A DNA stretch of 64,000 bases, taken from assembly GCA_951406725.2 (NCBI GenBank), contig OX597817.1:29202001-29266000 (forward strand), given 5' to 3'. Under the pieces are notes generated by a model. That model did not search any database and had not been told where the DNA came from. It worked only from the letters and a program-made list of their open reading frames with translations. Both the position numbers and the translations under genes were made by a program. The stretch is from Octopus vulgaris (taxonomy: Eukaryota). Of this stretch, positions 26,821 to 40,008 are shown piece by piece; the stretch's first letter is position 1; every line of letters starts with the position of its first letter.

Positions 26821-27439
26821 TGTATTGCTTAGCCCAGAGCTATTTAAAAGATCCATGTTGTACAATGACACTGAACCTGACATTGCATGGTTGGAAAACA
26901 AACTTCACCACACAGCCATGCTTAAACAAACGGAATTCTTGATGTCTAAAACACAGAAATCCAAAGACACATTTGAAAATATATCAAAATACGATTCCAA
27001 ATAAAATGATAAAAGAATGAATTCATTGCAACGTTGACTGCTGTATAATTAAAATCACTAAATAAGATAAAAGTGAGTGATAGGACCATAAATCAAACAG
27101 CAAAAATGAGGAATGGGAAAATCTAATATGGTTTTCCGAATTACCAGAAGAAACAAGTAAAAGTTTCCAGAAAGGTTAATCATACACATAGCTTTAACTT
27201 TTTTTTTTTTTTTTATTATGGTTGTTTTGTCTATGACTAATTAAACTTCATTATTCTATTGCATACTTTGAATACTTCAATTAATTTATTGATTAATTTC
27301 TCGGCTAACAATATTCTAATTCCACTCTCTCCATGAATATTGGTTTCACATTTCGGCACAAGGCTAGTAATTTCATTGTAGGGTAAGTTGATTACATCAA
27401 CCCCGCTGCTTAACTGGTACTTATTTTATCGATCCTGAC

Positions 27440-28320
27440 TTGACTGGCTTCCGTGCCAGTGGCATGTAAAAAGCACCATCCGAATCGTGGCCGATTGCCA
27501 GTGCTGCCTTTACTGGCTTCCGTGCCGGTGGCACGTAAAATGCATCAGTCCAATCGTGGCCATTGCCAGCCTCGCCTGGCACCTGTACAGGAGGCACGTA
27601 AAAAGCACCCACTACACTCACGGAGTGGTTGGCATTAGGAAGGGCATCCAGCTGTAGAAACACTGCCAGATCAGACCGGAGCCTGGTGCAGCCTTCTGGC
27701 TTCCCAGATCCCCGGTCAAACTGTCCAACCCATGCTAGCATGGAGAACGGACGTTAAACAATGATGATGATAATGATGAAAGAATGAAATAGTAAGCTGA
27801 CCTTCATGAAGTTTTAACTCAGAACATAAAGACAGATGAAAAGCTGCTAAGCATTTTGCCAAGCATGTTAATAGGTCTGCCAGCTAAACTCTCTACTCAC
27901 CCCACAAATACTACTATCTAGTAAAGTAAATAACTTTCTCCTGTACACATGTTGAGGCCGTATTGAATTAAAGTAGAAGGGATTGTTACTGTTCCTTTTG
28001 AGTGTTGGACCTCACAGAGGCAAAGTGGCTGAGTGCCTTTCAAGTGGGCCTCACAGAGGCAATGACCAAGACCTTTGGCATTATGTCATGTTTGAGAAGA
28101 AGACCCATCAAGCTGAGCAAAATTTCAGTCATGGCAGACACTAATGTCCTGCAAATGGCACTCATTACACTCTCAAAGTGGTTAGCGTTAGGAAGGTCAT
28201 CTAGCTATAGAAACCATGCCAAACCAGACAGGAGTCTGGTGCAGCCTTTCAGCTTAACAGTCCCAATCAAACTGTCCAATCCATGCCAGAATGGACAACG
28301 GACGTTAAATGATGATGATG
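27440..28320 (+). mobile_element. Two family D elements; the second (about 28000-28320) retains the RTE ORF end
   Basis: GLTEAMT..., gagaagaagaccc (ORF end), then the family D core and (GAT)n. Confidence 0.7.
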
Positions 28321-29229
28321 GTGGTGGTGGTCTAAAGCTCTCTTTGAATTTCAGCATTCTTAAAAATGATCTATTTTCAAAATTCACAATGCTTCAAGCA
28401 AACCAAAGCATTTTACACAGATGCACATATACATATATGCATATATGAAAGAACAACGAAAATTATAACAGTGATAATTCAAATTATAGTCCTGTACATG
28501 TTTCAGTAACTTAATGTCAAATTGAAAAGGTTGCAAGATGCAACGAAAATTTTAGGAAAATAAAAATAAGAAAAAAGTGGAAATTTTACCGGTGAGTGTG
28601 TTAAATAATAAGGCACAAAAAGAAAATGACTTTCCCCAGACACAACAGAAGTTACAATAACAATTATAATTATAATATGCAAGAACCACATCATCAGGGA
28701 AATTTCAAATATGGGTTACATAATTTGAATTATCACTTATATTGACTAAAAATTCAGAGGAAAATGTAAAAAAGAAAAGAGAAAAAGAAACTGAAGAAAA
28801 ATGTGGAAATTATAAAGGAAAAATAGAAAGTAGTAAAATTAAGAAATTAAGAGTAAGAATTTAATTGCAGACGTTTTTTGTTGGAAGAAGGAGTATAGAA
28901 TGATGGCCAGCCAACTAGATAACATTGGTTTATTATTCAGAATACAGCAATGCTAATGAGGTTAATAATCATAAATGCTAAATTAAGAACAATCCCAAAG
29001 CAAGAAATTAATGATAAGATTATGGAACAACAAAGAACTAGAAATACAGATGAATATTTGGTGAAGACTATAAGAACACATATCACCACAATTACATACA
29101 TGTAAGAAAACATTCATCATTTTTATATTTCGCACACACACATACATACACACACACACACACGAGAAATTACAATTAGCACAAGTTAATATCTTTCATT
29201 GCTAAATATGTCCTTGCTACATGTGGCTG

Positions 29230-29296
29230 AGTATTATCCTGATGAAAGAAAAATTTTCATCTTGAAACCAAAGATGGTCGTTTTTCTTCTAGTGCT
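29230..29296 (+). ncRNA. Type I hammerhead ribozyme motif with canonical core
   Basis: CTGATGA (29239-45), stem II aaga/tctt, GAAA (29264-67), stem III ACCA-aaga-TGGT, GUC site (C29279); proximal stem I atc/gtt has one mismatch, distal agtatta/tagtgct. Confidence 0.7.
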
Positions 29297-29502
29297 GACT
29301 TAAATAGCTCAAGCTGCTCACAGTAGATCTCCTTTGTTATCATATGTTATTATATAGAAAATGTGTCATTGTCGTCATTGTGGTATAAAATGTCCTTTAC
29401 TATGTCATACGCAGCATACACACACACACTCACAGAAACATACACACTCATATACAAAATATGACAACATCATTGTAGTTGTCGTGGTATAAAATGTCAT
29501 TT

Positions 29503-29698
29503 ACTAGAGAAAGATTATTTTCGAGAAAGTGCTATATTGAAATAGTCCAAATGAAAGTAAAAATTACATCTTGATGCTTGTGGGGTGTATTATCTTGTAA
29601 AATTTGATTTGATTTGCTGGAGCCATTTGAGAATGCACAGAGAACAGACAGACAGACAGACAGACAAGCAGACAAATAATTTTATATAGAGAGAGATA
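29503..29698 (-). mobile_element. Helitron-like non-autonomous remnant
   Basis: Minus strand starts tctctctctatataaaa with (tctg)n and ends ctag; no clear 3' hairpin. Confidence 0.45.
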
Positions 29699-30272
29699 TC
29701 TATTAAAGTTCTTTGATGTCTCATAATTTTGTCTCTCCTCTTTTTTTATAGTTGTACTATTAACCTACTAATATCACTGTAGTTGAATAATAGACTATGA
29801 TGGTATCTTGATAGCTTACAGTCATTTTGTAGTCCTTAATCTTCCAAGAACCAATTTTACAAGCTATATTCTTTACCGTATTACTTTATAGTTCTTCCTT
29901 TATTTACACTCTTTATCTCTATATTCTTTCTTTCCCTTTTCTCTTATTTTCCCTCTGGATACTCAACGTACATAAGAGCCACTTTATATTTTGTAATTCA
30001 TATTTGAAAAAATTCCTTATGATGTTACTCTTCTATACTATTATAATTATATAATTATAACTATATAATTGTAATTGTTATATTGTTACATAGCAAATTT
30101 TGGAAACAGGTGTATGAATGAATATTTTGAAAAATCACTATTGCTTTCTGCTGCTATTTCAAATATATTTTACTCTATTCATCATTTATAACCTATTTCA
30201 AAATATAAGCAAGTTTACAGATAGATCTGAATTTTACAAGTGAATTATCACAATTTAACCTAGTATACTATA

Positions 30273-30500
30273 TCATCATCATCATCGTTTAATGTCTGTT
30301 CTCCATGCTAGCATGGGTTGGACGGTTCGACCGGGGATCTGAGAAGCCAGAAGGCTGCACCAGGCTCCGGTCTGATCTGGCAGTGTTTCTACAGCTGGAT
30401 GCCCTTCCTAACACCAACTACTCCATGAGTGTAGTGGGTGCTTTTTACGTGCCACCTGCACAGGTGCCAGGCGAGGCTGGCATCGGCCACGTTCGGATTA
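30273..30500 (-). mobile_element. Family D element
   Basis: (CAT)n followed by the reverse-complement core. Confidence 0.85.
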
Positions 30501-30569
30501 GTGCAAAATTTGACATGCTTATGCAACACATCATGCATATATGGTCATTATATCTTTCTTTCTTTTTGC

Positions 30570-30866
30570 CCTTTTCAAGCCAAGCCAGGCTCATGGGCCC
30601 GTTTCCCGGTTTCTGTGGCATATGTGTTCCCCTCAGCTGGACGGGACGCCAGTCCATTGCAGCGTTACTCAAGAAACAGGAAGAAAGAGTGAGAGAAAGT
30701 TGGGGTGGAAAAGTACAGCAGGGGTCGCCACCACCCCCTGCTGGAGCCTCATGGAGCTTTAGGTGTTTTCACTCAATAAACACACACAACACCTGGTCTG
30801 GGAATTGAAACCATGATCCTCTGACCACGAGCCCTTTGACCTCACCACTGGGGCATTGCACCTCCA
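30570..30866 (-). mobile_element. tRNA-derived SINE (OR-like head 1 + tail Y)
   Basis: Same head and body as 2700-2890 but a different 3' module (atggactggcgtcccgtccag); related copy at 57890-58181. Confidence 0.8.
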
Positions 30867-31406
30867 CATGGTCATTATATAGTGTTAAACTAACTGTTAA
30901 ATTTAAGGTAACCCTAGGTTGTTACATCAAGAAGATTGTTTCCTTTCAAGAGATGAGCTGCTAGTAGGGCTAAAGGGAAAAAGTCACTACTCCCTGGAGT
31001 TAAAACATGTAATGTAAGTAGCACTACAGGAATGGAGGATGCAGTTAATTCTAGCATCAAATATTTAGCTTCAAAACCTTATCAACCCTTGAATCATATG
31101 CCACTACAACATACTCAAGGTCCAATCGTTTTCATCTAGAATAAGGACCAAACACGGTAACAACTTTGGTTTCAAAGGTCCATTTCTTTTTACTACTTGC
31201 CTGAAAACTAAGAGAACTGCGAAGCATGGACATGGTTATATTTATTAAAAGCATTTAGCCAACTTTTTATCTGAGATCCCAGATATGTCATGGTAAGAAC
31301 TGCAATTGAAGATGATAATCACCAAACCATAGTTGTTTTTCAAGTAAAGTATTTTTTCATTCCAGGGGATTTGATAGCAAACATGTTGCTGATAGAAACT
31401 ACTTAA

Positions 31407-31925
31407 AGGCAGTGAACTGGCAGAATCCTTATCATGCTGGGCGAAATGCTTAGCGGTATTTCGTCGCACTGGGGTTGATATAATCGACTTAATCCATCTG
31501 TCTGTCCTTGTTTGTCCTCTCTGTGTTTATCCCCTCGTAGGTAGTAAAGAAATAGGTATTTCGTTTGCCGTTACGTTCTGAGCTCAAATTCCACCGAGGT
31601 TGACTTTGCCTTTCATCCTTTCAGAGTCGATAAATTAAATACCAGTTAGGCACTGGGGTTGATATAATCGACTTAATCCATCTGTCTGTCCTTGTTTGTC
31701 CTCTCTGTGTTTATCCCCTCGTAGGTAGTAAAGAAATAGGTATTTCGTTTGCCGTTACGTTCTGAGCTCAAATTCCGCCAAGGTTGACTTTGCCTTTCAT
31801 CCTTTCAGGGTCGATAAATTAAATACCAGTTACACACCGAGGTCGATGTAATCGACTTAATCTCTTTGTCTGTCCTTGTTTGTCCCCATCTATGTTTGGC
31901 CCCTTGTGGGCAATAAAGAAATAAG
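31407..31925 (+). mobile_element. Family B SINE concatemer with ~184-bp internal units
   Basis: Two aaagaaata|ggtatttcg junctions; 13-bp TSD agaaactacttaa. Confidence 0.88.
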
Positions 31926-32129
31926 AAACTACTTAATGTATCACAAAACACTGCCCAGTCACAAAGGATATCACCTTTAGATCTGAGCTAAAAACAGCAA
32001 TTTCACACTATGCAGCCGTACATCAGCATTCTTTGTGAACATTCACATACTTATATGCCAATGAATGTGTGTATGGATGTGCGTGTGTGTATGTATGTAT
32101 AAATGAACCTCCACCAACTATTCTGCCTA

Positions 32130-32375
32130 TATGTTTGTGTACACCTTTCATTGCAATGTATGCCAGAAGGTTTGCAAATCTAACGGAAGCCTCAAAAGAC
32201 ATTTTAAGATCAACAAAGATGAGAATTTATTTGCAGCTGTTGGTGGTCCAAATCGGATACAAAATCTACAGGGATGTCTTTTCAAAACATTGTCTGATTT
32301 AAAAAGCCACATCAGATGATTCCAAGGTGTAGGTACCGGAGGGGGTCAAACTCAGCATAAGGAATGGACAACCAA
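32130..32375 (+). mobile_element. RTE-like LINE 3' end with C2H2 zinc finger
   Basis: FHCNVCQKVCKSNGSLKRH...CLFKTLSDLKSHIR, short and decayed. Confidence 0.5.
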
Positions 32376-32575
32376 GACACACACACACACAAACAAAAAT
32401 TCTTATAATTATAATTAGGGTTCAGCAACAAAATTTGCTTCACCACATACCAAAATTTAGAAATAGCAGCCAAAATTAGCTATTTCTCTACCATAAGAAA
32501 ATCTCCCAGACAACAATACTTAACAACCCACATAGATAAAGAGAAAAAAATAACGAATTCATTCGGTTTAGATTA

Positions 32576-32660
32576 ACTGTGGACACGTTTTGGAGTCAGA
32601 TAGATATGAAAAATGCTAAAATTACATTTTCATTCTATCATTCTTGCTCTTCAGCACAGT
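32576..32660 (-). ncRNA. Degenerate type I hammerhead (Penelope-type)
   Basis: actgtg-CTGAAGA-[long stem II, gataga/tctatc]-cAAAACGTGTC-cacagt; perfect 6-bp stem I; G12>A change. Confidence 0.6.
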
Positions 32661-32754
32661 ACTTGAAGTACTGAGGGAATTCGTTATAGGTACAAGCATT
32701 GATGTGGGGCTCAGAGGTTTGCTGCTTTAACACATGCTTTTGGATTTAGTCACA

Positions 32755-33052
32755 CTCTTTACTCTCTCTTTTACTCTTATACTTGTTTCAGTCATTTGAC
32801 TGCGGCCATGCTGGAGCACCGCCTTTAATCGAGCAACTCGACCCCGGGACTTATTCTTTTGTTAGCCCAGTACTTATTCTATCGGTCCCTTTTGCCGAAC
32901 CACTAAGTAACGGGGACATAAACACACTAGCATCGGTTGTCAAGCAATGCTAGGGGGACAAACACACTCACACAAACACACACACGCATATATATATATA
33001 TATATATATATAGTAAAGAAAAATTAAGTTGGCTAGCAGCGAGCTGTTTTGC

Positions 33053-33088
<36 letters not shown>

Positions 33089-33225
33089 GACGGGCTTCTT
33101 TCAGCTTCCGTCTACCAAATCCACTCACAAGGCTTTGGTCGGCCCGAGGCTATAGTAGAAGACACTTGCCCAAGGTGCCACGCAGTGGTACTGAACCCAG
33201 AACTATGTGGTTGGTAAACAAGCTA
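32755..33225 (-). mobile_element. Family A SINE with a ~45-bp insert in its (TA)n
   Basis: Reverse-complement consensus; extra sequence at 33012-33055. Confidence 0.88.
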
Positions 33226-33639
33226 CCTAGAACACTGTATAACACCTCAGATAAGTTTCTTCTGGTATAGCACTGAGTTAAGCAAAAGCTATGTGAATGG
33301 ATTTGATGGACAGAAACTGAAAGAATCTTGTAATATATACATCATCATTTCATTTAACATCTTTTGTTCATGCTGGCATGGGTTGGATGGTTTGATGAGG
33401 GCTGGCTGAAAGGCTGCACTAGACTCCTCTTTAACTCAGGATGCTTTCTACAGCTAGATGCCCTTCTTAATGCCAACCACTCCAAGAGTGTGATAGGTGC
33501 TTTTACATGCCACCGACACAGGTGCCAATTGTGTGACACCAGTATCTGCCATAACTACAATTTCATTTGAATTGATGGGTCACACACACACACAGGTGTA
33601 TAACTACTATTGGTGAGTTTAGAGCTTCATATACAATAA

Positions 33640-34174
33640 AAGGGTGGGGCAGAAAAGATGGACGTTTTTGGAAAAAATTCCCCAAATCATTAATTTTAGC
33701 TACAAACAAATGTTATTAACATGGATGTTTTCGTATTGAACTAGCATTTGACAAGATTAAATGTGAAAAACAATATCCATCACGTTTCCATTGATGTATT
33801 TCTGAAGGCATTCTAGGGTCTGTACCATTTGTGGCAGCCCCACCGATCTCCTATTCATTAGTGTACCTCATGTATGAAGTGCATTCACCCAACGTAAGAT
33901 TGTGTTACAAGTGGGGACAGCCTGATTTGTGTGAATGTCGAAGTGGTGCTGAAAATCACACTGAACTGCTGTGACAGAGTTGTTATTCTTCACATAACTT
34001 ACATAGGCAAACACACAATGCTCTATCATCCACAGTGCCATGGCTTCACCTGAAAAGAAAACAAGGTGCAAAGACACTGGAGACCAATTGGTCCCTGTCT
34101 GACATATGATGCTCTCTTTGGGGCTGAGTAATAGCCATTTCAAAAAAAATCCATCCTCTCTGCGCCACACTGTA
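33640..34174 (-). mobile_element. Tc1/mariner-superfamily deletion derivative (DUF4817-like N-terminal HTH)
   Basis: TIRs agggtggggcagaaaagatgga / tccatcctctctgcgccacactg-ta; WMIEHCVFAYVSYVKNNNSVTAVQCDFQHHF...VPTCNTILRWV. Confidence 0.75.
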
Positions 34175-34438
34175 TCATCATCATCCAGTCTGCTTTTGGT
34201 ATAATGATGTAGTATTACAGGATATGAAAAACAAACCAAACAAACGAAAAATTATGATCTGTGCAAAAAATTGTAATGAAGTGTTGCCCTCAATGGTGAA
34301 CCCCTGTGGCTCAGCATCCATCTCTGCTTGGAACATCTTAGCATCTTACACAGAATTTGCAAAGAACTTCAATGATGTTAGGTATGTAGGGAAAAAATCA
34401 TATAAACTTGTGTTTATCATAAATTCTCTTATACATAC

Positions 34439-34469
<31 letters not shown>

Positions 34470-35164
34470 CAAGCAAAATGTCCCTCCCCATCCAATGGAC
34501 GGTGCTGAGTTGTCAAACATTTAAACCAAATTTTCTCAAAACAACTCTCCGACTGTCCCATAGGCCTCCCCTTTCAGAAACACTGATTTAACCTAAATTT
34601 GAAACACCAGCAAAAGAAGAAATAAAGATAGACTTTTTTTCTATTCCAAAGAAAACCAATTTTATTCACACAAATATGCAACCGAAGAGTTTAAAGTACC
34701 AGTAATGATGAGGCTGTTGACTGGGAGAACACAAACATGGTTTAAACAGTAAACTTGGCAGGAAAGAAACGTGACTTTAAGAAGTACAAAAACAACAAAA
34801 GATGGAAGGTGCAGTTATGTACAGGTTGACAGAAGAAAAGCAGGATAAAAACGATGCATGCAAATGGGTTAGCTGGAGGTAAATCTAGATCGAAAAGCAT
34901 GATTTTTTGCGCAAACTGCACGTGCATTGTTCTCTTGTACGCATTGTATCAATCATAACAGCTAATGTACTTACACATGCAAATGCACGTTCCCACGGCT
35001 TTATCGATCGCATTCTCCCCTAGAATCGATTTTTGTAATTTTTTCAAGACATTTACACGCCCTGATACCGTCGGTATCTACATATCAAATTTGAGTGCAA
35101 TTGGATGGAGGATGCCCGAGAACCTAGAAGACACAGACAGACAGAACGGATTTTATATAATAGA
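34470..35164 (-). mobile_element. Non-autonomous Helitron-like element (longer relative of 7483-7862)
   Basis: Shared termini and body (PTALSIAFSP..IDFCNFFK pseudo-ORF); extra internal ~300 bp. Confidence 0.7.
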
Positions 35165-35769
35165 TTACACACACACACTCACACATACAAACACACATAT
35201 ATACACACACGTATGTATTTGTATGATTTTCCTTTTATATTTCAGTGACTCAATTCCAAAGTATATTATTACAGTCAAATAATTTCCAAATACAATAATA
35301 TGCATTGAAAAGCAGATTAATACTATGAAATTATTTCAAAGTTGCAGATTCCAAGTTCAACCAAATAATTTCAAAATATCTTATTAAAACTTTTCAGGTT
35401 TTATAATTACAAAAATACATCAAAGTACTTAACTTCAAACTAGTTTCACTTCTTACAGAAGATATTCATTGCAATGCATATGTGTAATGGCTTGCTACTT
35501 GCCTTCACTTATTATATAGCATGTCTACCAGAAGCAGTTTTGCTATAGACTCACTATGAAACAAAGGAGGTAATTATTGTATATTATTAGGTCTAAATTA
35601 AGTAGGGATGCAAATCTTTGTATTTTTGATTACTCAAAAATATAAGGGAAACTATATTTTAAATATATTGGAAAATGAATTAGAAACAGTATTTGGTTAA
35701 TGATTTAATCTTGGTTTATATTTTTCTATAAAAGAACTTTTCTTATTGATTCTTTGTTGTTGTATCAGG

Positions 35770-35820
<51 letters not shown>

Positions 35821-35821
<1 letters not shown>

Positions 35822-36079
35822 TAGACTAGACAACCCATGACCCGTTGAGTCACTGGGAAACTCTAAGTCTCCTAGCAACAGAGTTTTGTTTCATGGGTTT
35901 TTTCTTTTCCAAGTTATTTCACATGCTTTCAACGAATGTGACATCAAAAGGTTAGAGTTTCTTTCCTTTCATGATGGAGTTAAATCCGGAAGATTTTCCC
36001 ATTATGCTCCAGTTTGGCTGCGTAACATTGCAAGCAAGCAAGCAAGCGAGATTCAAACTGAGTTTTAACGTATTATAGA
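35821..36079 (-). mobile_element. Non-autonomous Helitron
   Basis: Minus strand starts tctataatacg, has 3' hairpin ccagtgactc..gggtcatgg and ends ctag next to (TA)n. Confidence 0.65.
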
Positions 36080-36139
36080 TAGTGAAATTAGTGAAAATCA
36101 GGATCTTGTGAAAAACACTGTAAATAACTGAATAATGAA

Positions 36140-37625
36140 ATATGGATATACATCACACAGACATCCCAAATGCTCTTGGCCTCTTTCGTACCTCAAAACC
36201 TTATCTATCTCAAACCAATCACAGCTTTGTCACAACTGCTCAACACACAACATTCTATTCAATATGTCTTCCCCATCTGACTCTAAAGGAGTGCTCGGAG
36301 TTCTACAAATCCTATACCACATATCTCTGGCAATAAACATATATCATTCCAGACCCCACCACATTCCCCACAGCACTAAAACCCAGTTCACTAAGTGGGT
36401 TACTTATAGATGTGCTGCAGCTGTTTAGACAAAAGGAAAAAAAACCAAGACCCACAATGTTTGGAGAATTTTACCTGCTCCCCAAAACTAGATTAAGTTA
36501 ACTTGGCAGCACACCAGTTTGCAAAGGATGCCTTCGTGTATAATTTGGCCTTTAAGCTTTCCTGCCTCTCAAACAGAGCCAATCCTTCTTTATGGGTTCC
36601 TTTTTCCCTCCTCTTCTAAACAATCATGGCATCATAAACAGTACCACCATAAAAAAGCTTCTGCTTTCACTTTCTCTTTGCATCCAGGTTCACACTACAC
36701 AACCTTGGTCAACTTGACTAAATATCTTTTCCTTTATAATACACTTACACGCAGAGCAACTGAAAAAATAACTCCAACTGTTTCAAACAAACAAGACTAC
36801 AGGCCCAGATGATATTTCTTCTATTACACTTAAACAGTGCTCCTCAGAACTTGTCCCTATACTCACAAAACATTATCATCTCTCACTATCTACAGAGATA
36901 TACAATGTCATTTGGAAACATGCATCAGTTTTTCCGAAGAAAAACAAAACCTCTGTGCTGGCCAGCTATCATTCCATTGTTCTCACCTCAAATATTTTCA
37001 ACGTAATGTTGAAATGATCATTAACTATGACATTTTCCATCATACTGAATTTCTCTGTCTGTCCGTCTCTCCCCCTTCTCTCTCTCTCTCTCCTCGAGAA
37101 TTATCACTACTGCTTCCATAGAGCTAGATTAATGTACAACTACTCTCTCATGTCACTTTTACCAATGGGTTTCGCCTTTGAGTAGTTCGATGAAGTCAGA
37201 GTTGTTGCTCTAAACATAAAAAAAAGCCATCAGCCATGTCTGGGAAACAAACTCCCTTTTAAAACTTCCCTCTTAGGTCTCAACACATGTCTTATCTCTT
37301 GGATCTGTAGCTCATGATTAGATCACACCATTGTTGCATGTGTTGATGGAGTTCTTTCAGGACCACTCTCAATCACTGCTGGTATACCTCAGAATTCGCT
37401 TCTCTCCCTCTACTCACTTCCTTCTTTTTATCAATGATTTACTTGCCACCAAATCCAACACTCTAATGTATTTTATACGATCCTTCACTTCTCCCTAACT
37501 TACTCTAACCACAAATATTTTCTAACCCAGATACCGCATGCCAAACCTGCTGAAGACCTTGAGGGTGCCCTCCAGTACAACCAGGCCAAATTTGTCTCTT
37601 TTAAGAGCAAAAAACACAATCACTT
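36140..37625 (+). mobile_element. Heavily decayed CR1/L2/Jockey-group LINE
   Basis: RT-like motif ITAGIPQNSLLS...FLLFINDL at about 37370-37440. Confidence 0.5.
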
Positions 37626-38389
37626 ATGATATAAATAATACTTTCTATTACAGGCAGAAGGCCTGAAATTTTGTGGGAGGGAGCTAGTTGATTACTTTGA
37701 ACCCAGTGATAAACTAGTACATATTTTATTGACCCTGTAAGGATGAAAAGTAAAGTCAATTTCGGTGATATTTGAACTCAGAATACAGAGACAGATGAAA
37801 TGCTACTTTGCATTTTGTCCAGCATGCTAACAATTCAGCCAGCCTTAAACTTATCCTATAAATAATGTAACCAGTGTCTTAAACAGGAATCTAATTTACA
37901 GTGATGTGATTACCTTCATTTAAAATAACCTCCCTTTTAAATATATAACAATAATTAAGATTGATGTCCTTCAGCAAACCCAGCCTACAGACTGATATCA
38001 TGAATTGTTAGAAACTGAATCAGCAAACTGTAAATCTAAGAACAACAATCTCAACACTAACGACCAAAATAATAAAATTCTCTGAGTTTAGCATGCTAGA
38101 GATATTAGAGTTACAGTAAACAATGATCTACCTGATTAAATATTATTCTAATTTCTTTGCCTAATTAGAGTTATGTAACCAACATGCCTGTCAGATATTT
38201 CTGAAGAACCCTTCTTACTAGAACTCACATGAGACAAGAGTTCATATTAAAGAGAAACAGCTAAAATTCCCATACATTTCAAATTCCAATTACTCCTGAA
38301 GAGGGATGTCATTACATAGATTGTCTTCCAGATGACTGAGAATTTCAAATTAGAATATTCTATAGCCAGGGGAAAACCTAGTCCTTGAC

Positions 38390-38722
38390 AATTAGAAAAA
38401 GGGTGAGCAAAAGGGACCCGTTTACAAAGTGCACAATTAACACATAAATGCTTCTTTGAAAAACCACGTAACCCAAACATGGACGTCAGACGATATCTGT
38501 AATTGTGTTATATTAAACTTGTGGCTCCCAGATTAATCATATTTGTATTCCATGGGCTGCTAAGTTTGAAAAAGAGTAATCAACATTCTCATTGATTCAC
38601 TGAAGGCTGCTGTTGTCCAGATGATGTCTGAAATTAATAAAGACCATTTAGTACAGCTGAATACCAATAATTCCAGTCCCACACTGAAGCAGTCATCAAG
38701 CTGAAGGTGAATTCATAAAATA
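38390..38722 (+). mobile_element. Decayed maT/DD37D-type transposase C-terminus
   Basis: SLKAAVVQMMSEINKDHLV...FQSHTEAVI..AEGEFI. Confidence 0.5.
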
Positions 38723-39103
38723 ATCGTATAAAAAATGTTAGCACGCCAGGTGAAATGCTTAGCGGGACCTTGAAGACTGCTTTAATGCAAGAAAGTATAC
38801 TAGTCCCTTAATATTCGATATTCAATATTTCATCTATTCAATAAGACAATCAATACTTCATTTCATTTTACTATATATACTACTTATACTATATATTCTA
38901 TATTGTACATTAATATTATAAAGAATATAAATAAAACATAAAAAACAGACTTATTCGAACAAAGTTCGAATTCCTTTGAATAATATATATATATATATAT
39001 ATATAAGTTCAGAAAAATTTAGATTCAAATGAATATGGTACTTAAGTTAGATGCACCAGAATTTTGTATGGTGTTATCCATATAAATCCATGGGGTGATT
39101 ATA

Positions 39104-39380
39104 ATCAAAATAAGCAACAAGAATAACTTCGGTAATTTGGTACGATCATTTCACGCTACATCATTTTATTAAATATTGTAAGTATTACAACAGTTTTAAA
39201 ATGTTGAGCAATCATCAACCATTTATAGAGGTTTTCTATAAATACATAATTTTCATATCAATTGACTGATGATTGCTCAACATTTTAAAACTGTTGGAAT
39301 ACTTACAATATTTAATAAAATGATGTAGTGTGAAACGATCGTACTAAATTACCGAAGTTATTCTTGTTGCTTATTTTGAT
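39104..39380. ncRNA. Inverted repeat carrying two opposed hammerhead motifs
   Basis: Plus: CTGATGA (39266-72)...GAAACGATCGTA (39332-43); minus: tTGATGA...GAAATGATCGTA (39141-39218); arms about 115 bp. Confidence 0.65.
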
Positions 39381-39969
39381 ATATATATATATATATATAT
39401 ATATAAGTAGAGCAATATGCCCTTCCTATTGCTGGGTCCCATTTGCTTTTTCAGTCAAGTAGAAGACATTTTACTCCACTTGTTTTTGAAAGCGCAGAAC
39501 CTGAATGCCAATATTTTAGCAGGGAATAGAAACAAATGTCACAATATCTTATTTAACATTGCAGAGACACTGAAAGTATACACACATACATTGGCACAAA
39601 CACAGATACACTGAGAGAGAGACACACATACTTACACACACACATTTATATATGATGAGTCCCTAGTCTCTGTCTGTCTATTAATTTCACTCAAAAAAAG
39701 CATTGGTTGGCCAGAGGCTATGTCAGAAGATAATTGCTCAAAATTGCTCCCAGTAAGATAAAACTTGCAATTATATCATAACAAAGTGAACTCTCTATTC
39801 ACATAGCTATGCCTTTGCTTATATATATTCATGCATATATAGATATAGTTGTTTGTGTGTGTGTTTGTATGTGTATATGTATATGTTTATATGTGTGTGT
39901 ATATACATGACTATATATGTGTGTGTGTGTATTATATATATATATATATATATATACATACACACACAC

Positions 39970-40008
<39 letters not shown>

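Noticed and set aside
32131-32319. Host C2H2 zinc-finger gene
   Set aside because: One and a half decayed fingers, no TGEKP linker, followed by a LINE-like tail; fits an RTE C-terminus better
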